Positions 1-12,389 of a stretch of 64,000 bases of DNA are shown here, piece by piece (position 1 is the first letter of the stretch; each line of letters begins with the position of its first letter). The stretch comes from Octopus sinensis. Lineage: Eukaryota. The translations under genes were made by a program, and so were the position numbers. Where the stretch lies: assembly GCF_006345805.1 (NCBI RefSeq), contig NC_042999.1:59582001-59646000 (forward strand), in the 5' to 3' direction. The notes under the pieces are model-generated. The model was given only the letters and a program-made list of their open reading frames with translations. It ran no database searches and was not told where the DNA came from.

Positions 1-53
1 GTATAAATGATTTAATAATTGTTTCCAATGTTGGCACAAGTGGAGCAATTCTG

Positions 54-165
54 AAGACGTGTGGCCTTGTGGTTTGTGTGTTACACTTACGATCGCTCGA
101 TCGCGGTTTCGAATCCCGAGCGAGGGGCAAGTCGTGGTTTTAAGCAAAACACTTCATTTCGCGTC
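54..165 (+). mobile_element. tRNA-derived SINE head (family C, CORE-like), degenerate
   Basis: Box A-like GTGGCCTTGTGG and box B-like GGTTTCGAATCCC, followed by TTAAGCAAAACACTT; homologous to copies at 33655, 42106 and 59329. Confidence 0.65.
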
Positions 166-499
166 ACTTTGAAAGTGGAAGGGTGGCAGAAATGCTTTAG
201 GCTCTCTACATTCTGAGTTCAAATCCCACCTACCCGGAGAAGGCATCGTGAAACAACTCCAGTACTCATCTCAAATGTAACCATGGTAGCCGAATTTCTA
301 GTAGACTACTCAGCTGTTCAACGGGGGTGAACATTTTGCCTTTCATCCATTAGTATCAGTTGAGTGCTGGGGTCGATGTCATCGACATAATTCCTCTACA
401 GCAAAATTGCTGGCCGTGTCCTAAAATTTGAAACCGCTATTTATTTACTTTGATTTCCACCGCTGGAAACAATTTATTTTATATCACTTTGAGTTTCTA

Positions 500-865
500 A
501 AATTCGTGGTAAGAAGTTACGTCCTCGTAACTTAGCGACTCGGCAAAAGAAACCGATAGAATAATTTCCGGTTCAAAGGAAAAATAATTACTGAGGTCGA
601 AGGGTTCGACTAAAATTCTTCAAGGCGGTACCCCAGCATGGCCGCAGTCTGACTGAAATAAGACAAAATAAAGATAAACAAGGTGCAGGCGAGGGTGTGT
701 GGGAAGAAGCTTGCTTTCCAACCACATGGTTCCGGGTTCAGTCCCACTACATGGAACCTCGTGCAAGTGTCTTCTACCATAGCCTCGGGCGCACCTAAGC
801 TATGTGAGTGGATTTGGTAGACAGAAACTGAAAGAAGCTCGTCGTATAATATGTGTGTGTGTGTG

Positions 866-918
<53 letters not shown>

Positions 919-1140
919 GGTGTATTCATGTGTATGTCTGTGTTTGTCCCCATAACATATCTTGACAGCCGATGTTGGTGTGTTTACGGTCCTGTAACTT
1001 AAAAGTTCTGCAAAAGAGACTGATAAAATAAGTACTAGGCTTTCAAAGAGTAAGTCCTGGGATGATTTGTTTGACTAAAAGTCGGTGCTCCAGCATGACC
1101 GTAGTCAAATAACTGAAACAAATAAAAGAAACGAAAGAAA
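500..1140 (+). mobile_element. SINE family A: a 3' half (500-680) plus a full copy (688-1140) with internal (TG)n
   Basis: Head GGCGAGGGTGTGTGG...GGTTCCGGGTTCAGTCCC, internal TG microsatellite, tail CCAGCATG(G/A)CCG..GTCAAATAACTGAAACAAATAAAAG; more than 10 homologues in the window. Confidence 0.85.
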
Positions 1141-1340
1141 AGCATGCAATGTTCGTTAGTAAGATGAAGCTTTTAAAACGGATGGGGAAAATTCGATGTG
1201 TTACTATAGTATCATGGTAGCAGGTTTCTCATTTTCACACAAGTTGTGGGTTCGTGTCCCACTGGCAGTTTTCGACTATTTTCCATCTATGCGGATTTCC
1301 AACCCAATATTCTACAAACTATTATTAATATCTTTATTAA

Positions 1341-1610
1341 GGATGTGTGCTAGCAGACACGTTAGCACGCCGGGCGAAATGCTTAGCAGTATATCGTCTG
1401 TCTTTACATTCCTAGTTCAAATTCCACCGAGATCAACTTTGCCTTTCATCCTTTCGTGGTCGATAAATTAAGTGCCATTGAAGCACTGGGGTCGATGTAA
1501 TCGACTAGTCCCTTCCTCCAAAATTTCAGGCCTTGTGCCTATAATAGAAAGGTTTATTAATATTTTTATTAAGGCGGCAAGCTGGCAAAATCGTTAGCAC
1601 GCTGGACGAA
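1341..1610 (+). mobile_element. SINE family B copy (1341-1553) plus a truncated family B head (1573-1610)
   Basis: GTTAGCACGCCGGGCGAAATGCTTAGC...GTTCAAATTCC...CTTTGCCTTTCATCCTTTCG..GTCGATAAATTAAGT; repeated many times in the window. Confidence 0.85.
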
Positions 1611-2960
1611 GGAGTCGTGTTTTTTTGTGACCAAGTTGTTCAACTGGATTTATTTACCTGTCGAAGGTCTCCCGTGAGGGCGAATCCTATTGTTAAGCAT
1701 TATTGTTGAATTTTTGAATTATTTGTTACTGTTCTTTTGTCAGTATATTATATTTGTTTTCATCCCCATTTGTGGGTGAAGTAAGAGAAAGAATGGACAG
1801 TGGACCAGTATCAGCCGGAAGCTATGCTGCAGCAACTGGAATGAGTTTAACAGCGGATGTGTTGCAGGTGCGAGAAATTAAAATGGATCACAGGAGGTTG
1901 AAATAATTCAACAAACTCTTGGAAAAGGATGGTACCAACCTAAAGTTAATACCACCAGAAGGATTTACAGCAAATATAATGAAGCGGACAGTGGTATAGA
2001 GAACACTGTCCCTGAAGTCAAAGAAAATTGAAATAGCCTTAGTGGAGGCTATAGAAGAATGCTTAAAAGAGGTGAAGAGCTTCATATTTTATACAAGAGG
2101 GAAGAACTACGGCACATTGCAGATGAGATTCGCCAATGAGCAAGAACCGATGAACCACTCCACTGTGGCGCTGAGAACACCAGAGTGGGTACTTCGTCCG
2201 GCCTACTGTGGGAAACGTGTGGCCAGAGTAAGGATCGGCAGAGTGCCCCCTGAGATCGAAGAAGAGTGGCTGGTGGCAGCCATCCTTTTCAATATGGAAG
2301 AAAAAGTAAAGATACTAAACGTAATAAAAACGAGTGAGATGAACTGATGGGAATATGGACTGGAGGTGTCGATCCAGGTCAGTTTGCCGGACCTTCATAA
2401 CATAGCAGAGGAGGTGAAACCCCTAGAAGATATGAATTTGAGAGTGGTGGTGGAGGGAAAACATCGAAACTGCTACAAGTGTGGAGTACGGGGACACATG
2501 AAGGCAATGTGTCCCCAGAAACACAATGACGATGTAATGGAACAAGATCAACAGAGCGAGAAGGAACAAAACGACGAAGAGCAAGATCCAGTATGTGAAA
2601 AGTGTTCAGAAAATGCGGAGGAACAGTTGATGGTGGCGAAGAGAAAGAAGAAGAGGGAAGGAAGTGTGGGCTCACCACCAAAGAATCCACTAAGGAAAAG
2701 AAAGTACTGAAGAAAGCCCAGCAACATCGAAGAGAACCAGCGTGGAGGAGCAGGTGAAATTGCAGAAGAGAAAAGAAGTAAGACAGAAGATGCCAGTAGC
2801 ATCGAGGGAGGTCAGGAGGGAAGAGCAGACGGGACTGCACAAACGACGAAATGAGAGTGAGGCACGTCGGAAGATGCCAGCAGCATCAAAGGATGTTCAA
2901 ATGGGAAAAAAAAGTGGGATTGTAAAAACCAACAGACATAAAACAAGTACCAACAACAAC
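1611..2960 (+). mobile_element. L1/Tx1-like non-LTR retrotransposon 5' UTR + ORF1 pseudogene (CCHC zinc knuckle)
   Basis: ATG at 1793; ORFs 2042 and 2366 are in the same frame, separated by stops. CYKCGVRGHMKAMC is a CX2CX4HX4C knuckle. It aligns by eye to ORF1 at 60951 (RTVV, RG..YGT..RF, P.Y.G.R..RVRI...PPE). Confidence 0.8.
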
Positions 2961-2989
2961 GAATTCACACTTCATTTTCGAACGTTTTC

Positions 2990-3680
2990 GTGACCCAGCT
3001 TGATGAAACGATGGATGTTTCCAGCTTAGTTCAACTTTGCATCTATGTAGTTATGTACATAACACTCATCAGGAGGACGAATTCCTGTTTTGCGAAACAC
3101 TCGGCACGAAAACAACCGCAAGGGAAATATTTAAAAAAGTGGAAAAGTTTTTGAGGCACATGGTGTCAAGTGGGAACATGTTATTGGCGTGTGCACTGAC
3201 GGCGCCTCGACGATACTTGGATGCCGTTCTGGTTTTCAGACTGCGGCGAAAGAAAAATCCCTAGGTACTTTTGGTACACACTGCACAATTTATCGACAAG
3301 CACTAGATACCATGCCTCATGAGTTAACGGATGATCTGAATTATCTGTTTACAGCGGTGAACTTTATCAAAGTAAACGCACTCAACTCTCGTCTATTTGC
3401 CGAGTTGTGCAAAGAAAGTGATTCTGAATTCAAAACGTTTCTGTTGCACTCACAATTGAGATGGCTTTCGAGAGGAGAAACAATGAAAAGGTCTTCCTTC
3501 TGCGAAACGAAGTCCACGATTTTTTACAAGATGCCAAACCAGATTTGCCCGCCAAATTCTCCTATGTTCGTTTTCTGATCTGCTTGGAATTTTGGTGGTC
3601 ATATTTGAGTCACTGAATGCCGTCAATTTTTCACTGCAAGGGAAAGACAGAACCATGTTTCTTTCTCATGCGAAACTTAT
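2990..3680 (+). pseudogene. hAT transposase fragment (Buster/Charlie, ZBED5/SCAND3-like), frameshifted
   Basis: QLDETMDVS, CTDGASTILG, HCTIYRQAL, VNFIK..ALNSRLF..LC and LLHSQLRWLSRG motifs across frames. Confidence 0.88.
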
Positions 3681-4164
3681 GAGCCAGGCGTGGCTCGAGA
3701 AGGAACAAACAAACACTTTATACACACACGCGCACAAGCACGTACACACTCGCATGCATATACACGCACATATATACGCACAAATTCCGGCCACCAATTG
3801 CCACTTTCAAGATATTGACCAACACTTACTATTGAACACTAGCATTGAAAAATGTCAGTTTACTGTAAGATTCCTTTCCCAATGTGAAAACCATTTGGGT
3901 TCAACCAATGTCTTTTTCTATTCGCAGTAAAAAAAAATGCAGAAACCGTCGATGCTAAAATCTAGCAGTGAAACATACTGAATGTTCATCTGCTGAACAT
4001 GTCGATAAGATACAGGAAAGACACAGCGGTAGGCCAGGTAACAAGGTTAACAAAGAAACACCTGATACCATACAGAAACTAATTAAGATTGCACTTGAAG
4101 TTCAGGTGTGCATGTATAATTGTTTTTCAAATACAATACAATAGAACCTTGTTTTTTCCTGTGG

Positions 4165-4245
4165 ATCTCTCTCTTTCTCTCTCTCTCTCTCTTTCTTTCT
4201 GTTTTTCTTTCTCACAAATTGTCTGATCAAATAAGCATATGTGTA

Positions 4246-4289
<44 letters not shown>

Positions 4290-4298
4290 ATGTGTGTG

Positions 4299-4329
<31 letters not shown>

Positions 4330-4640
4330 CGTGCGTGCGTGTGTGTGTGTGCGTGTATGTACATATATATGTGTGTGAGTTCGTATGCGTGTTAGCTATG
4401 CATATATTTATAAATAAAATCATACATACACACACACATGTATGTATGAATATGTACGAATATATGTATACTTACAATATACACGTTCCTTTTTTTGCTG
4501 TTGATTCCATTTTTTTCTCAATCTAATTATAGAAGTATACATATACATGCACGCACGCACTCTCCCTCTTCCTCTCTCACGCACAGACACAAACACACAC
4601 ACACACACACGCGCGCGCGCACGCACGCACACATATATAT
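4165..4640. repeat. Compound CT/TA/TG/CA microsatellites
   Basis: Direct reading of the sequence. Confidence 0.9.
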
Positions 4641-4852
4641 AACTAGAGAGAATAATTAGGAAATATAACTATTTTATCTGAATTAGAACAAAAAACTATT
4701 GCTGTTAATAGAAATGCACGCGTATGTTATTAGTGATAAGTTGCAGAGAAGTGGAAAGCTAAATGAGAGGTGTTTATATCAAGTAATCTCAGCGCCATTG
4801 TCAAAGCCTTATACTTCACGAGGCGGGAATAGCAAGCTGGGTATTATACAAA

Positions 4853-5690
4853 GGATCTTTTCCTTTTGAACGGCACATGTCAACACAATTTCTAGTTAAC
4901 TAAACACTTTTAAACTTCGTATACTGGTAGAATGTGTCAAAATAAAACATTTTTTTCTCTTGGTATTCTTGAGAAAATTGTAATTTGTAAGTTTAACGTA
5001 GTTTAATTTTTCGAATTTTAACCAATCAATTGCCTCTAGTGAGCTAAAATCATTTGCTGCGTCTAAAACTGAGACAACATCCTGTCACTAACCCTAAACC
5101 TAACCCTCACTCTCACCCTAACCCTAAATTTTAGCCTTTCGTTTTTTTTTTCTTAATTGTTAAATTAATTTAAGGATAACAATTAAGTAAAAAAAAACGA
5201 AAGGCTAAAACGAAAGCAATGGAAAATAATTTAAACAATTAACAAACAAAATAATTCTATAATTTTATACACACGCTTTCCGTACGTATACATTACGAAA
5301 GGCTAAAACGAAAGCAAAAACTCAAAACAAAAACAAAACGAATAATTTTAGACACACGCGTAACAATTAAATTAATTTAACAATTAAGAAAAAAAAGAAC
5401 GAAAGGCTAAAATTTAGGGTTAGGGTTAGGGCGAGGGTGAGGGTTAGGGTTACTGACAGGATGTTGTCTCAGTTTTTAGATGCAGCAACTGATTTTAGCT
5501 CAATTAGAGGCAATTGATTGGTTAAAATTCGAAAAATTAAACTACGTTAAACAAACGATTTACAATTTTATCAAGAAAGCCAAGAGAAAAAAATGTTTTA
5601 TTTTGACACATTCTACCAGTATACGAAGTTTTAAAGTGTTTAGTTAACTAGAAATTGTGTTGACATGTGCCGTTCAAAAGGAAAAGATCC
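4853..5690. mobile_element. Fold-back MITE with ~320-bp TIRs, 8-bp TSD and internal telomeric hexamers (possibly Merlin-type)
   Basis: Ends GGATCTTTTCC...GGAAAAGATCC; arms about 4853-5172 and 5368-5690; TSD TATACAAA at 4845-4852 and 5691-5698; TAACCC/TTAGGG-type repeats at about 5088-5126 and 5414-5451. Confidence 0.9.
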
Positions 5691-5715
5691 TATACAAATA
5701 TTGTTTTATAGCTTA

Positions 5716-6098
5716 CAATTCTCTTTTACTCTTTTACTTGTTTCAGTTATTTGACTGTGGTCATACAGGAGCACCACCTTTTAGTCTAGCAAATCGACCC
5801 CAGGACTTATTCTTTGTAAGTCTAGTACTTATTCTATCGGTCTCTTTTGCCGGACCGCTACGTTACGGGGACGTAAACATACCAGCATCGGTTGTCAAGT
5901 GATACTGGGGGGACAAACACAGACACATAAACACACACACACATATATGTATTTGTATATACGACGGGCTTCTTTCAGTTTCCGTCTACCAAATCCACTC
6001 AAGGCTTTGGTCGGCCCGAGGCTATAGTAGAAGACACTTGCCCAAGGTGCCACGCAGTAGGACTAAACCCGAAACCATGTGATTCGTAAACAAACTAA
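5716..6098 (-). mobile_element. SINE family A lacking its first ~25 nt
   Basis: Reverse complement of the family A consensus; on the minus strand it starts at TAGTTTGTTTACG, equal to consensus position ~26. Confidence 0.85.
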
Positions 6099-7200
6099 TT
6101 TATTTCATAAAATTTGTCATATAGACAGTACAAAGATTGTATAGCTTTGCGGGCTGGACAAACACATTAATGAATGAAAATGAAATAAAATGAATAAATG
6201 AGAGACGAAGCCCAACACCCGCCGATTGGACTTTTCTTGAAAACATTTTCTTTTTTTAAAAAAATCAACATGAGGTGTTTCAAACCTCTTACAAGAAGGA
6301 GGCACTAAAACCTCTTACTTAACATGTTTTTTTTAAACACACAATTGAGGTTATAAACCGCTACAAATAATACAATAAGATGAGGTTTCAAACCCTCTAA
6401 CGAGGCTTTTTCACCTCCTACTCATCGATATATCCATCGATATATTCATCATTACCTTCAATGCCGCTTGAGTTCCTGTATCCCACCATTTCCCATGCCT
6501 CACTCATGTAGGACATGTAAGTCGTGTAAGGGCCACCCGGCCATATGCGACACTCGTCCCCATATCCTTTATGCCTTTCCCACAAGGGAAACCTTATGAC
6601 CCCACAGCTATCTGCGGAGGCCATTCGGGATCCTGTGTGAAGGGCATATCTACTGTTTCTTTATGTTCTACTATTTTTCCACCTCTCCGCCCTTATAGAA
6701 AAAGATAATTAATTCATTATCTTTAAGCGTGGGGATCGTTTCTTCCACCGTGGGTGGCACAACTTCGGGACATGCAGACGGCACATCATCTCCCCACTCC
6801 CTGCGATGACCCGTTCTTCTTCTTTTCTTCCTGACTTCGGGAGAGTGGAGCTCTTACGCTTTGTCCGGAGTCTCTCCCCCACCTCCCGAAGCCTTAGGGT
6901 CCTTCAACGGGCAACAATAGTTGCCCGCCTTCTTCCTTTTTAATCCACCCCTCCTTTTGACCGGGTAAGGGAGGTGGCATCCAGAGACTTCCAGGACCTT
7001 ACCATGGTCCTGGGGAAGTTCTTTTTAATGTGGCCTGGCTGCAGGCACGAGTGACACTTGGTGGGTGGGGGACGTACCTCAAGTATCACTGCAGCCAGCC
7101 ATTTAAAAAAAATCTGGCAAAACCAGATCTGTTGCGGCCGATGGGGTCCACAGGGTCAAAATCGCTTTTGACTCTTCCCAATCGTTCGCCGACAATACCC
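6099..7200 (-). mobile_element. Degenerate L1/Tx1-like ORF1 element followed directly by a 3' UTR (possibly ORF1-only)
   Basis: Minus strand ~7085-7012 reads VILEVRPPPTKCHSCLQPGHIKKNFP (decayed CCHC knuckle, same context as VVVEGKHRNCYKC and VQVEGRKPTCYAC). A basic RKKRRR tract follows; the element ends GAAATAAA at the SINE junction. Confidence 0.6.
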
Positions 7201-7439
7201 TTACATTTAAGAGCCCATGTGTATGTTTTATTTCTCGATTTCTTTCTCGCCAATCGAGATCCAAACGTAGATCCAGGGTTTTCTCATTGGAATTTCAAAC
7301 ATCATCAAGATATAAGTGCATGTGTGTGTGCCTGTGAGTAAAGTTTTGAGTTAGATTATCTGAAGATTTGTGTTTTGTTTTATGTATGTATTCTCATGCA
7401 TATAGTTGCACGTCTAGACGTGTGCATATGTACTGGAAT

Positions 7440-7870
7440 GCTAAACTTTACATATGGTTCTGGGTTCAGTGCTACAGCGTGTCACATAGTTCCAGATTTC
7501 GTCACATAGCGTTGTACCTTGTGCAAGTATATTCAACTATGGCCTCGGGCCCACCAAAGCCTTGTGAGAGGAGTTGTAGACGGAAACTGAAAAAAGCCCC
7601 GTATAGTAGGTGTTGTGTGTGTGGTGTGTGTGTGTGTGTTGTTGTGGTGTGTGTGTGGTGTGTGGTGTGGTGGTTGTGTGTGTCTATGTGTGCATTTATG
7701 TCTGTGTTTACGTCCCCGCAATCTAGCGGTTCGGCGAAAGAAACCAATAGAATAAGTACTAAGCTTAAAATACGAATTCGTAGGGTTGATTTGTTCGACT
7801 AAAACCATTCAAGACGGTGCTCCAGTATGGCTGCAGTCAAAAAGATTGAAACAAGTAAAAGAATAAAAGA
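7440..7870 (+). mobile_element. SINE family A
   Basis: Homology to other family A copies; internal TG repeat and conserved tail. Confidence 0.8.
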
Positions 7871-8020
7871 AAATTTTGGCAATTCCATTCATGACTTTTG
7901 TCTAGAATCGTCTAATTAGCTTTCTGTATCCTAATTTTTGAAAACCCAAATTTTTTAACATTGGCGCTGAGGCAGTTGTTACATATCCTAATGTATGTGT
8001 TTGTATGTATGTATGTATGT

Positions 8021-8213
8021 AGGCGTAGGAGTAGCTGAGTGGTAAGTAGCTTGCTTACGAACCACATGATTCTGGGTTCAGTCCCACTGCGTGGCACCTT
8101 TGGAAAGTGTCTTATGCTATAGCCTCAGGCCGACTAAAGCCTTGTGAGTAGATTTGGTTGACGGAAACTGAAAGAAACCCGTTGTATATGTATATATTTA
8201 TATATATATATAT

Positions 8214-8261
<48 letters not shown>

Positions 8262-8490
8262 CTATGTATCTATGTGGGTGTTGTCTGTGTTTGTCCTCCC
8301 AACATCGCTTGTCAACCGATGCTGGTGTGTTTACGTCCTCGTAACTTAGCAGTTCGACTAAAGAGACCGATAGTATAAGTACTAGGCTTACAAAGAATAA
8401 GTCCTGGGGTCGATTTGCTAGACTAAAGGCGGTGCTCCAGCATGGCCAAACTCAAAGGACTGAGACAAGTAAAAGAGCAAAAGAGTAAAG
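8021..8490 (+). mobile_element. SINE family A, full length
   Basis: AGGCGTAGGAGTAGCTGAGTGGTAAGTAGCTTGC head through ACAAGTAAAAGAG tail. Confidence 0.9.
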
Positions 8491-8494
8491 GGAG

Positions 8495-8913
8495 TATGTA
8501 TGTATGTATGTATGTATGTATGTATGTATGTATGTATGTATGTATGTATGTATGTATGTATATGTGTGTGTACTCTCTTTCTGTTTTTAATTTAGAATAA
8601 ATTTTGACCGGCAATCTATTTGGTTGTAAGATTATGAAGGAAAGCAACATGCTTCAAACATCATCTTTTAAATCTTAAGATATCGTGATTATGAATTAAG
8701 GATTTGCGTTTTTTCTCCCCTAGATCCCAACGTAATCATACTTTGATCCAGATGGATTAGTATTATCCTGCTGCGCCAATAATATGAGGCTGAAATATGT
8801 ATTGGACACTTGATGTGCAAACCCTTTATGTATGTATGTATGTATGTATGTATGTATGTATGTATGTATGTATGTATGTATGTATGTATGTATGTATGTT
8901 GTATGTATGTATG

Positions 8914-8947
<34 letters not shown>

Positions 8948-9845
8948 TGTATGTATGTATGTATGTGTATGTATGTATGTATGTGTGTGTATGTATGTAT
9001 GTATGTATGTGTATGTATGTATGCATGTATGTATGTGTATGTATGTGTATGTATGTATGTATGCATGCATGTATATATGTATGTATGTATGCATGTATGT
9101 ACGTATGTGTGTATACGTATGTATATATGTATGCATGTGTGTATGTATGTCATTATTCAGGTTTATTTTCAGATTTCTTTCCATTAGAGAAAGGGCCGTT
9201 ATCTAATCTAGATCCAAGGTTCCTTCATTGGAATTTCAACTTCAACAACAGGGTTTTTTGTTTGTATGTATATATGTACGAACGTACGTATGTATGTATG
9301 TATGTATGTATGTATGTATGTATGTATGTATGTATGTATGCATGTATGTATGTATGGTGTATGTATGTACGTACGTATGTATGTATGTATGTATGTATGT
9401 ATGTATGTATGTATGTATGTATGTATGTATGTATGTTTGTATACGTGCAGATTTGTATGTTTTGTTTTAAGTATGTCTTCTAATACATATACTTGAATAT
9501 TTAGACATGCTCGATATTCTTAAATGATAAACGTATGAAAGTCTGAGATGCATCTATGTATGTATGTATGTATGTATGTATGTATGTATGTATGTTTGTA
9601 TGTATGTATGTATGTATGTATGTAGTAGTATGTATGTATGTATGTATGTACGTACGTATGTATGTATGTATGTATGTATGTATGTATGTATGTATGTATG
9701 TATGTATGTATGTATGTTTGTATACGTGCAGATTTGTATGTTTTGTTTTAAGTATGTCTTCTAATACATATACTTGAATATTTAGACATGCTCGTATATT
9801 CTTAAATGATAAACGTATGGAAAGTCTGAGATGCATCTATGTATG

Positions 9846-9876
<31 letters not shown>

Positions 9877-10207
9877 TGTTTGTATGTATGTATGTATGTA
9901 TGTATGTATGTATTATGTATGTATGTATGTATGTACGTACGTATGTTGTATGGTTGTATGTATGTATGTATGTAGTATGTATTATGTATGTATTATGTTT
10001 GTATACGTGATATTTGTATGTTTTGTTTTAAGTATGTCTTCTAATACATATACTTGAATATTTAGACATGCTCGTATATTCTTAAATGATAAACGTATGG
10101 AAAGTCTGAGATGCATCTATGTATGTATGTATGTATGTATGTATGTATGTATGTATGTTTGTATGTATGTATGTATGTATGTATGTATGTATGTATGTAT
10201 GTATGTA
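8495..10207. repeat. (TATG)n microsatellite field with a 3x repeated ~120-bp spacer
   Basis: Spacer TTTGTATACGTG...CTGAGATGCATCT at about 9436, 9717 and 9998. Confidence 0.95.
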
Positions 10208-10419
10208 TTTTCATTCTGCACGGAAGCATTACCACCTTGGCACTGAGAGCTTCAGAAGGTGCCTCGAGGAAAAGCAATGAAAAGAATTGAAACTGGGAAA
10301 CTGAGAAATTTAAAGAGACGTCGATATGAGCATTTAGCATCAGATGAACGTATACATTCTATTACATATGGTGTAATTTATTCATTCACAAGCACATGTA
10401 AACCACTCTTCGTCTCCTT

Positions 10420-10455
10420 CCTCTCTCTCTCTCTTTCTCTCTCTACATGCAATAT

Positions 10456-10488
<33 letters not shown>

Positions 10489-10592
10489 TATATATGCACA
10501 CACATTCATCTGGCTGTTGTTAATGTATGTATTTAAGTACATGGTTGTATGCGTGTATGTGTGTGAGTGTATGCGTGGTTTGTGTATGTGCA

Positions 10593-10637
<45 letters not shown>

Positions 10638-11220
10638 TGAACCTATAAAATAAGTACCAGGTATATACTTAATCGATTATACCCTGCTTTTGCAAATTAG
10701 TGTTCTTGTACTTAAGGAATCGATATATCGGGCATGTAGAAACCAATAATACTCTGTACACAAGGAAAGAATTCTCATCAAAGACATATATAAGCATGTA
10801 AGCACGCACAACTATACACACACACGCACACACGTATATATATATATATATATATAATAATATATATATATAATATATATACGTATATCCACACACATAC
10901 ATATATATGTATATACATATATAATATATAATATATATATATAATATATATAATATAATATATATATATATAATATATATATCTATATAAATATATTTAT
11001 ATTCATAAAGCATATATACGTATATACATGATGTATATATAGATCGATAGATAGATATACGTATACATATATGTATATATATATATATACATAAATATAT
11101 ATATATGTATATATGCATATATGTGTATGCGTGTGTATGTGTTATATATGCGTGTATGTATGCATATGTGTTACACACATGTATATATGTGTTACACACA
11201 TGTATATATGTGTTTGCGCA
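10420..11220. repeat. CT/TA/TG/CA microsatellites
   Basis: Direct reading of the sequence. Confidence 0.9.
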
Positions 11221-11739
11221 TGTAAGAGAGTGAAATGAGGAGGTCTGCATGCGAGTTTGTATAAACGTGCTCCTACAGCTTGTTATAGATTAAATATGCA
11301 CAGCTCTGATGTCTCGAATATATGGGCATTCTATAGAATAGATACAATATTGCCTGTGTGACGTAAAGTGGAGTAATGGGGTATATCGTTTAGATAATAA
11401 TGACATGAGCATAATTTGGCTAGTTGTTGCCTTCTTTCTTCTTCTTCTTCCAATCAGGACTCACGCCATTAGCCACAAGGAATAATCTCTAATTCGAGCC
11501 TACTCTAAGCTACTAAGAATGTGTGTGGCAACTTGAAGATCCACAAAACCACACGCGATAGACTGGCGGTTGCACGGGCGCGAAAGCTGCGTTGTTATCC
11601 TCATTCCGTAAACGGTAGCTTTTTAACGGGTGGAGAGCTGAACCATCCTAGGTTACAGAGGTTTCGCAATCTAGACTAGGCTCTTAAAGTTTACCACACC
11701 ATAGTGGGTTTCCCCATGGTTCCTCTGCTTTGTGGCAGA

Positions 11740-11930
11740 AGTAGGAAGAAAGAATGAGAGAAAGTTGTGACAAAAGAGTACAGCGGGGTTCATACCCCAC
11801 CACGCCGGAGCCTCGTGGAGCTTAGGTGTTTTTGCTCAATAAACACTCACAATTCCAGGTCTGGGAATCGAAACCACGTTCTTACGACCGCGAGTCCGCT
11901 GCCCTAACCACTGGGCCATTGCACCTTCAC
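11740..11930 (-). mobile_element. tRNA-derived SINE (family C-like head)
   Basis: Minus strand GAAGGTGCAATGGCCCAGTGGTTAGGGCAGCGGACTCGCGGTCGTAAG..GGTTTCGATTCCCAGACC, containing boxes A and B. Confidence 0.75.
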
Positions 11931-12109
11931 GCCAGTTGTTGTTGCTAACGTTGCTATGGTTGTAAAGACTCGGGGTACACCTGATGGAGCGGTCAGATGG
12001 TTAAATGCATTCAAAGTGACATTTTAATGAGTTTAACCCTAACACTATCATGTGTGCCTTTACCTTTTGTATATAAAACAATGGCAGTGTATGAATTACA
12101 AATATCAGC

Positions 12110-12320
12110 CGGATAGGTGGCAGAATCGTTATCACGCCGGACAAAATGCTTAGCAGTATTTTGGCTCGTTTTTACGTTCTGAGTTCAAATTCCCCTGGAG
12201 TCGACTTTGCTTTCATCCTTTCGAGGTCGATAAACTAAGAGTCCAGTACTGGGTTAATGTAATCGACTATCCTCCTCCCGGAAAATTTCAGTCCTTGTGC
12301 TTATAGTGGAAAATATTATT
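12110..12320 (+). mobile_element. SINE family B
   Basis: Consensus match including CTTTCATCCTTTCGAGGTCGATAAA. Confidence 0.8.
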
Positions 12321-12389
12321 TTTTGCATACTATTTAGATATGTTTTCTCTCTCTTCGATATTAGTGGTTTTCAAAATTTATAGTGTATC

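Noticed and set aside
3968-4105. Possible host exon (VKHTECSS...IALEVQ, ending CAG/GTGTGC)
   Set aside because: No polypyrimidine tract at the usable AG, weak donor, and no recognisable homology or partner exons.
5088-5451. Telomere fusion site
   Set aside because: Tracts are short, diverge outward and lie within TIRs bounded by a TSD, so they belong to a MITE.
8689-10057. Long MYVC/HTYI ORFs
   Set aside because: Translations of the (TATG)n microsatellite.
11850-11930. tRNA gene
   Set aside because: No complete cloverleaf or terminator; it continues into a SINE body, as do the other tRNA-like heads.
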